Positions 58,779-64,000 of a DNA stretch of 64,000 bases are shown here, piece by piece. Below the pieces are notes generated by a model, which was not told the origin of the DNA, made no database searches, and was given only the letters and a program-made list of their open reading frames with translations. The translations under genes were made by a program, and so were the position numbers. This stretch comes from Candidatus Paceibacter sp. (GTDB taxonomy: Bacteria; Patescibacteriota; Minisyncoccia; UBA6257; JAGOQP01): assembly GCA_020724905.1 (NCBI GenBank), contig DYGB01000002.1, forward strand, positions 29,425 through 93,424. The letters are read 5' to 3'. Position 1 is the first letter of the stretch. Each line of letters begins with the position of its first letter.

Positions 58779-59789
58779 TTATCCATGACGAATGACCATA
58801 ACATCTCCATCCTGTACCACATATTCTTTTCCTTCAATACGGAGCTTTCCTTTTTGTTTTGCGCTTCCCCATCCTCCTGCTGCGACAAAATCATCATAGG
58901 CGACGACTTCAGCACGGATAAATTTGTCTTCAAAATCAGTATGAATGGTACCTGCTGCTTGTGGAGCTTTACTCCCCTTCTCAATTGTCCAGGCACGGGT
59001 TTCATCTTCTCCGGTGGTGAAAAAGCTAATGAGGTTAAGAATAGCATAGGCCTTGGTAATAACATCAGAAATATCAGTGGTGAGAGAAAGATCAAGGATA
59101 ATGTATGTTGCATTGAGTGATGCTATCTTTTCTTTTGTTTCATCAGATACATCTTGCTCTGATCCATTTAAAATAAAGATCTGAGGTTTTGCCGTTAAAA
59201 GATTGAGTTCTTTAAGGGGTTCGGTTTCAAGTTCTTCATGGGTATAGACCATGTATGGCATCGTTTCTTTTTCCAAGACGTCTTTTACATGACGAAGTGC
59301 ATCAAGTTCTTTTTTCTTTGCCTTATCTCCAGTACGTGCTTCTCCTTCTACCTTGTTGAGGCGTTTCTCAACGAGTTCAAGGTCTTTGAGGATAAGTTCA
59401 TGGTTAATGGTATCAATATCACGAGCAGGATGAGGACTTTGTTCAACGTGCGTAATATCACTATTTTCAAAACAGCGTACGACATGTGCTATCGCATGTA
59501 CTTCTTTTATATGAGAAAGAAATTGATTCCCCAGCCCCTGTCCTGTACTTGCTCCTCGTACCAGTCCCGCAATATCATAGAATTCAACAATGGCAGGGAT
59601 AGTTTTTTTAGATTCACTGAGTTGGGTAAGGGTTTGGAGGCGTGAATCAGGGACTTCAACGATCCCTACATTAGGGTCTATTGTTGCAAAGGGATAGTTT
59701 GCGATATGGATATCTTGACGTGTGAGCGACTTAAAGAGTGTTGACTTTCCTACGTTAGGAAGTCCCACAATACCAACAGAGAGTTTCAT
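58779..59789 (-). CDS. ychF: Redox-regulated ATPase YchF
   Basis: GLPNVGKST, ANYPFATIDPN, DIAGLV, GLGNQFL, EGKEYVVQDGD. Confidence 0.96.
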   Translation of the reverse strand: MKLSVGIVGLPNVGKSTLFKSLTRQDIHIANYPFATIDPNVGIVEVPDSRLQTLTQLSESKKTIPAIVEFYDIAGLVRGASTGQGLGNQFLSHIKEVHAIAHVVRCFENSDITHVEQSPHPARDIDTINHELILKDLELVEKRLNKVEGEARTGDKAKKKELDALRHVKDVLEKETMPYMVYTHEELETEPLKELNLLTAKPQIFILNGSEQDVSDETKEKIASLNATYIILDLSLTTDISDVITKAYAILNLISFFTTGEDETRAWTIEKGSKAPQAAGTIHTDFEDKFIRAEVVAYDDFVAAGGWGSAKQKGKLRIEGKEYVVQDGDVMVIRHG

Positions 59790-59791
59790 AG

Positions 59792-61024
59792 TTATTTATA
59801 TTGAATAGTGAAGAAATGCTTTTTCCCTAGACGCATTGTCCCTTGAGGAAGTTCATCAAATGGTTCCAGGGATTGTTCGTCTGGTTCTATCATACGTATT
59901 CCTCCTTCAAGTGCAAGGCGTTTTATTTCACTCTTGCTGAAGGCAAGATCTTTGCGAGATGCGATAAATTCAATAACGGTTGTTCCTTTTTCTACCTGAT
60001 AGACTGTAACATCAGAAAAATCTTGTTGTGAGAATGTTTTTTCAAATGATTCACGTTCTTTGTGTGCTGTTTGCTCTGATCCTGTTGTGATATAGACAAG
60101 AAACATTCCAAGAATCTTTTTCATTTCAAGAGGATCTTGTTGTATGAGTTCTTGTATCTCTTCTATCTCTGAGGTACGAATATCAGCAAATGAGATGAGG
60201 TATGAGAGAATAAGGGTATCGGGGATAGAAAGAATCTTTCCAAAGATATCTTGTGGTGAGGCATGTAGAGAGATATAGTTTTCTAGACTTTTACTCATTT
60301 TAGCTCCATCTCCATGAATTCCTTCAAGGACAGGGGTAGTCAGAGCAACTTCAGGTGTGAGTCCGTGAAGTTTCATAAGGTCTCGTGCTTGGGCAAAGTT
60401 AAGGAGTTGATCTCGTCCTCCTATTTCAATATCTGGTTTAATCTCAAGAGAGTCTACTCCTTGAGCGTATGCGTAGAGGAGTTCGGCGATACTTAACGGA
60501 TGTCCTGTTTCAATACGTTTTCTAAAGTCATCTCGTTGCAATACTTCTGAGATGGAGATGTGTTGCAGATCAGAGAGAATACTTTCAAAAGAATGTTTTT
60601 TTAACCATTTCTTGTTGTGATGAATTTTTGTCTTTCTCACATTAATAAATGGTCGTATCTGTGAAAGATACGTTTTTTTGTTTTTCTCTATTTCTTTTTC
60701 AGAAAGAAGTGTTCTTTCTGATGTTCTCCCACTTGGGTCTCCAATGCGAGCGGTAAAATCTCCAATAACAAAATGAATGGCATGTCCTGCCCTTTGAAAG
60801 AGCCGTAAGATCATAATAGGAAGAAGATGACCAAGGTGAATATCAGGACCAGTTGGGTCAATACCAAATTTCACTACAAGCTTGTCTTTTTTCAGTGCTT
60901 TTTGAAGTTCTTCTTGAGTGATAACTTGATCTATCTTTGGTGCAAGTACATCGTACAATTCACCAGGTGCAAGTGGTGCTGTGTAACGCTCTTTTAATTC
61001 TGTGAATAGTGTCTCTTTGTTCAT
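59792..61024 (-). CDS. tyrS: Tyrosine--tRNA ligase
   Basis: GIDPT..IHLGH, GDPSG, GGRDQ, KMSKS. Confidence 0.95.
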   Translation of the reverse strand: MNKETLFTELKERYTAPLAPGELYDVLAPKIDQVITQEELQKALKKDKLVVKFGIDPTGPDIHLGHLLPIMILRLFQRAGHAIHFVIGDFTARIGDPSGRTSERTLLSEKEIEKNKKTYLSQIRPFINVRKTKIHHNKKWLKKHSFESILSDLQHISISEVLQRDDFRKRIETGHPLSIAELLYAYAQGVDSLEIKPDIEIGGRDQLLNFAQARDLMKLHGLTPEVALTTPVLEGIHGDGAKMSKSLENYISLHASPQDIFGKILSIPDTLILSYLISFADIRTSEIEEIQELIQQDPLEMKKILGMFLVYITTGSEQTAHKERESFEKTFSQQDFSDVTVYQVEKGTTVIEFIASRKDLAFSKSEIKRLALEGGIRMIEPDEQSLEPFDELPQGTMRLGKKHFFTIQYK

Positions 61025-61380
61025 ATAGATGAGAGTGCTTCTTCTATTTCTTGTACCATCATATCAGGAAGTGGTTGTGATGGTTTTGTTTTTCCAGGAT
61101 ATCTCCATGCAGAGATAATGACAATAGTGCTATCTTTTTTTGTTTGGTACATAACCCATATCTCTTGATTCCATGTACGTTTTCCATTCTTTTGTTTATA
61201 TGATGAGGGTTGCATTGCAGCCTGGGTTCCTTCTGCTATTCCCTCCTCTCTTCTGAGGGGTGTTTTTATAACTCGTCGTATTCTACTCTCTGAAAGTTTA
61301 TAGTAATGGATCTTTCCTTGTGCGTGTCGTGTCCATTGATATTTCCTTTGTGAGAGTATGTCAGTTTGAGCCTTCCCCAT
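61021..61380 (-). CDS. Hypothetical protein, DUF4258/RelE-like fold candidate
   Basis: WTRHA, RIRRVI..P, EIWVMY, IISAWRYPG; ATGA overlap with tyrS. Confidence 0.7.
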   Translation of the reverse strand: MGKAQTDILSQRKYQWTRHAQGKIHYYKLSESRIRRVIKTPLRREEGIAEGTQAAMQPSSYKQKNGKRTWNQEIWVMYQTKKDSTIVIISAWRYPGKTKPSQPLPDMMVQEIEEALSSI

Positions 61381-61409
61381 AACATGTATTATAATATAGC
61401 AGACACTAT

Positions 61410-63275
61410 ATGTATACACAGAAACGTTTGTTTATCTGGATTTCCTTGGGAATTATCTGTTGTGCTTCCTTTCTTCTTATGTGGAATGCAGCATCTCAGG
61501 AATCTGCCATTGTTGATGAACTCGCTCATATTCCAGCGGGGTACTCATATGTGCATGAACTTGATTATCGTTTAAATCCAGAACACCCCCCTCTTCTCAA
61601 AGCCCTTTCAGGGCTCTTTTTACTTCCTCTCTCTCCTCATTTCCCCACAACGGATACTTCTTGGATTGTGGGGAGTAACGATCAATGGCGGATGGGAATA
61701 CTATTTTTTTCAGAAAATATTTCTGAGATAGATAGTATTCTTCTTACTGCTCGTCTTGTTCCCATGCTCTTTATGTTAGGGCTTATTCTTATGACCTTCT
61801 TTCTTGCTCGAAAGGTTATGGATGAGTTCTGGGCACTGTTCCCTGCTCTCTTTGTTGCTCTGTCCCCACATTTTCTTGCCCATGGACACTATGTGACAAC
61901 TGATGTTCCTTTGGCATTTGGCATTGTCTTTGCTATGTTTTTCTTTCTTATCTATCTTCAGGAACGAACTACAAAACATCTCATCTATGCAGGGATAAGT
62001 CTTGGTATTGCTCTTTTGTTAAAATTCTCTGCACTTATCTTACTTCCTATTTTCCTTATTGGAGGTGGTATCTATATCTTTGCGCATACCCAAAGAGAAT
62101 GGTGGAAGAGTATTGGTTCATGGATACTTTCATTTTTGAAACTAGGAGGTGTTGCATTTCTTGTGATTATGAGTATCTACACCCTCTTTACCATTAACCT
62201 TCCTTTAGAGAAACAATCTCTTGACACTTCCTTTCTTTTAACCCGTTATCTTCAAGATGCTCCGTATTCACGAGGGGTAGGGTGTTTTGGATCACTTCTT
62301 TCCTGTGTTGCAGATCTTACCCAAGAACTTTCTGACATTCCTGTTATTCGTTCTCTTGCGCACTATGTCACAGGCATTCTTATGGTTTCTGAGCGATCAG
62401 CATATGGAAATCCCGTCTATTTCCTTGGAGAGGTAGGGACAGGATGGTGGTATTACTTCCCTGTTGTCTTTCTCTTAAAAGAGCCTCTCCCCCTTATTGT
62501 CGTTATTATCTGGGGACTATGGGTAGGGATGAAAAGATTATTTCAGAATAGAAAGAGACCAGTATCTGAATATATTCTTCTCCATACCCCTGAATTTCTC
62601 ATGATACTGTTTGTGTTGGTCTATGGGTATATGAGTATGCGGAGCGCTCTTAACATTGGATTTCGACACATTCTTCCTGTCCTTCCCTTTGTGTATATTC
62701 TTTCAGTTTCTTCTCTGTATCGAGGATACAAGAAAAAAGAAATATCATATGGATTTGCCTTAACACGGCTCATACGAGAAACAATGGCACGTCTATGGCC
62801 ACAACCTAAAACGATACGTATTATTCTTTTAAGTGTATTGAGTGGAATACTAGTGTTAGAAACACTTCTTGTATCTCCCTATTTCCTTTCATACTTTAAT
62901 GAGTTAGGGGGTGGTGTTTGGAATGGGTGGAAGTATGTTGTTGATTCTAACTATGATTGGGGACAAGATCTTTTGCATCTTAAAACATTTGTTAAAGAGA
63001 ATAATATAAAACAAATTGCTATTGATTATTTTGGGGGTGGATATCCAAGTTTTTATATTGATGAAGCTTCTGTTCCCTGGACATATGAAGGTTCCTCCCC
63101 TGCTGATAGTGGTATTGAATGGTTTGCTGTTTCTGTGCACAACCTTCAGTTGTATCGTCACGGATCACAAAATGGATATGCGTGGCTTTCTTCTATTGAG
63201 TATCCCTATGCACGAGTTGGAACATCACTCTTTGTATTTAGGCTCCCACCTAGTGAAACAAATCTTGACAGATAA
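61410..63275 (+). CDS. GT39 (PMT/ArnT-like) membrane glycosyltransferase
   Basis: VDELAHIPAG, NPEHPPL, VTTD, IGFRH, DSNYDWGQD. Confidence 0.87.
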   Translation: MYTQKRLFIWISLGIICCASFLLMWNAASQESAIVDELAHIPAGYSYVHELDYRLNPEHPPLLKALSGLFLLPLSPHFPTTDTSWIVGSNDQWRMGILFFSENISEIDSILLTARLVPMLFMLGLILMTFFLARKVMDEFWALFPALFVALSPHFLAHGHYVTTDVPLAFGIVFAMFFFLIYLQERTTKHLIYAGISLGIALLLKFSALILLPIFLIGGGIYIFAHTQREWWKSIGSWILSFLKLGGVAFLVIMSIYTLFTINLPLEKQSLDTSFLLTRYLQDAPYSRGVGCFGSLLSCVADLTQELSDIPVIRSLAHYVTGILMVSERSAYGNPVYFLGEVGTGWWYYFPVVFLLKEPLPLIVVIIWGLWVGMKRLFQNRKRPVSEYILLHTPEFLMILFVLVYGYMSMRSALNIGFRHILPVLPFVYILSVSSLYRGYKKKEISYGFALTRLIRETMARLWPQPKTIRIILLSVLSGILVLETLLVSPYFLSYFNELGGGVWNGWKYVVDSNYDWGQDLLHLKTFVKENNIKQIAIDYFGGGYPSFYIDEASVPWTYEGSSPADSGIEWFAVSVHNLQLYRHGSQNGYAWLSSIEYPYARVGTSLFVFRLPPSETNLDR

Positions 63276-63301
63276 CGTTATATTATACATACCCTAATTA
63301 T

Positions 63302-63403
63302 ATGAAACAGTATTGTCACAACACAATGAATCGAAATACCATCCTTTTCTCAAAAGGCTATTTTTCTGTTGAGACAATCTTTGTAATGAACCTCCTCCCC
63401 TAA
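63302..63403 (+). CDS. Putative leader peptide (33 aa)
   Basis: MKQYCHNTMNRNTILFSKGYFSVETIFVMNLLP*, upstream of a terminator and a GNAT gene. Confidence 0.45.
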   Translation: MKQYCHNTMNRNTILFSKGYFSVETIFVMNLLP

Positions 63404-63423
63404 CTAGTTATAGTATTTCATTG

Positions 63424-63455
63424 TAAAAACTGTCTCATCAACGAGACAGTTTTTA
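63424..63455 (+). terminator. Attenuator-like terminator upstream of the GNAT gene
   Basis: TAAAAACTGTCTC-ATCAAC-GAGACAGTTTTTA. Confidence 0.7.
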
Positions 63456-63484
63456 GTTCATTAACAATTATATGGAGGTGAGTC

Positions 63485-64000
63485 ATGCATGCACCACACA
63501 ACACACCAACTATCTTTCTTGAGGGAAAAAAGACGATCCTTCGTCCCCTTAACAAAGAAACTGATATTCCTTCTCTTGTTACCTGGATCAATGATCCTGA
63601 TATTCGAAGGTTTATCGCAAATTATCTTCCCTTTACTATCTCTATGGAAGAGCAGTGGTTTGAGTCTCGTAGCAAGGATACACATCATCATATTGTCCTA
63701 GGTATCGAAGCACGTGTTGATGATGAGTATGTCTTTATCGGTACCATGGGACTACACAATATTGATTGGAAGCATCGCTTCCTCACCACAGGTGCCATGA
63801 TTGGAGAAAAGAAGTATTGGGGACAAGGCTTTGGAACTGATGCAAAAATGACTATATTAGATTATGTGTTTAATACACTCAATATGCATAAAGTATGTTC
63901 TGATGTTATCTCCTACAATAAACGAAGTCTCAACTATTCACTACACTGTGGGTACAACGTTGAGGGAGTTCGAAAAAAACATTTTTTCCAACAGGGAAGA
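63485..64000 (+). CDS. GNAT acetyltransferase, RimJ/RimL family (truncated by window end; not in ORF track)
   Basis: MHAPHNTPTIFLEGKKTILRP..IGTMGL..IDW..IGEKKYWGQGFGTDA..LNMHKV; SD GGAGG. Confidence 0.88.
   Translation, partial: MHAPHNTPTIFLEGKKTILRPLNKETDIPSLVTWINDPDIRRFIANYLPFTISMEEQWFESRSKDTHHHIVLGIEARVDDEYVFIGTMGLHNIDWKHRFLTTGAMIGEKKYWGQGFGTDAKMTILDYVFNTLNMHKVCSDVISYNKRSLNYSLHCGYNVEGVRKKHFFQQGR

Noticed and set aside
182-63701. Many 60-180 aa ORFs antisense to or nested in assigned genes (e.g. 11922..12476, 20351..20881, 63489..63701)
   Set aside because: Shadow frames of well-supported genes with no recognisable motifs.
1-64000. Alternative genetic code (UGA=Gly, or general UAG readthrough)
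   Set aside because: Conserved genes are full length in code 11, and both TGA and TAG end genes at expected positions (e.g. murG and the P2 ATPase end in TAG).

Overview
64 kb of a small-genome, AT-rich bacterium. Gene content and style (short or leaderless 5' regions, a stand-alone TraD/VirD4-like ATPase, GT39 glycosyltransferases, many orphans) point to Patescibacteria/CPR, probably Parcubacteria; this is inference. Core blocks: end of the dcw cluster (mraY, an amidohydrolase, ftsW, murG), gltX, M23 peptidase, rpmA/rplI, ctpA, P2-type ATPase, def/fmt, nrdAB, nth/tag, cyclophilin, DEAD-box helicase, typA, a CsoR-regulated copper cluster, truB, ftsEX, prfB, ychF, tyrS and two tRNAs (Gln-CTG, Thr-CGT). 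An accessory region (~33.0-49.5 kb) abuts the 3' end of tRNA-Gln. Main leads: (1) a small membrane protein and an overlapping LPO_1073/Abi-alpha-like protein share an N/Q/S-rich motif (C-terminal in one, N-terminal in the other), the architecture of amyloid-signalling defence pairs, with a structured RNA upstream; (2) an intact LexA fused in frame to a C5 DNA methyltransferase, facing a putative restriction endonuclease; (3) a class Ic (Tyr-less) ribonucleotide reductase under a cobalamin riboswitch; (4) prfB lacks the usual +1 frameshift but carries an in-frame UAG; (5) a boxA-like motif plus Shine-Dalgarno leader recurs before orphan genes while many conserved genes look leaderless; (6) a TruB-acylphosphatase fusion; (7) a 21-bp repeat at junctions of the accessory region. 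All calls are from reading the sequence; no searches were run.
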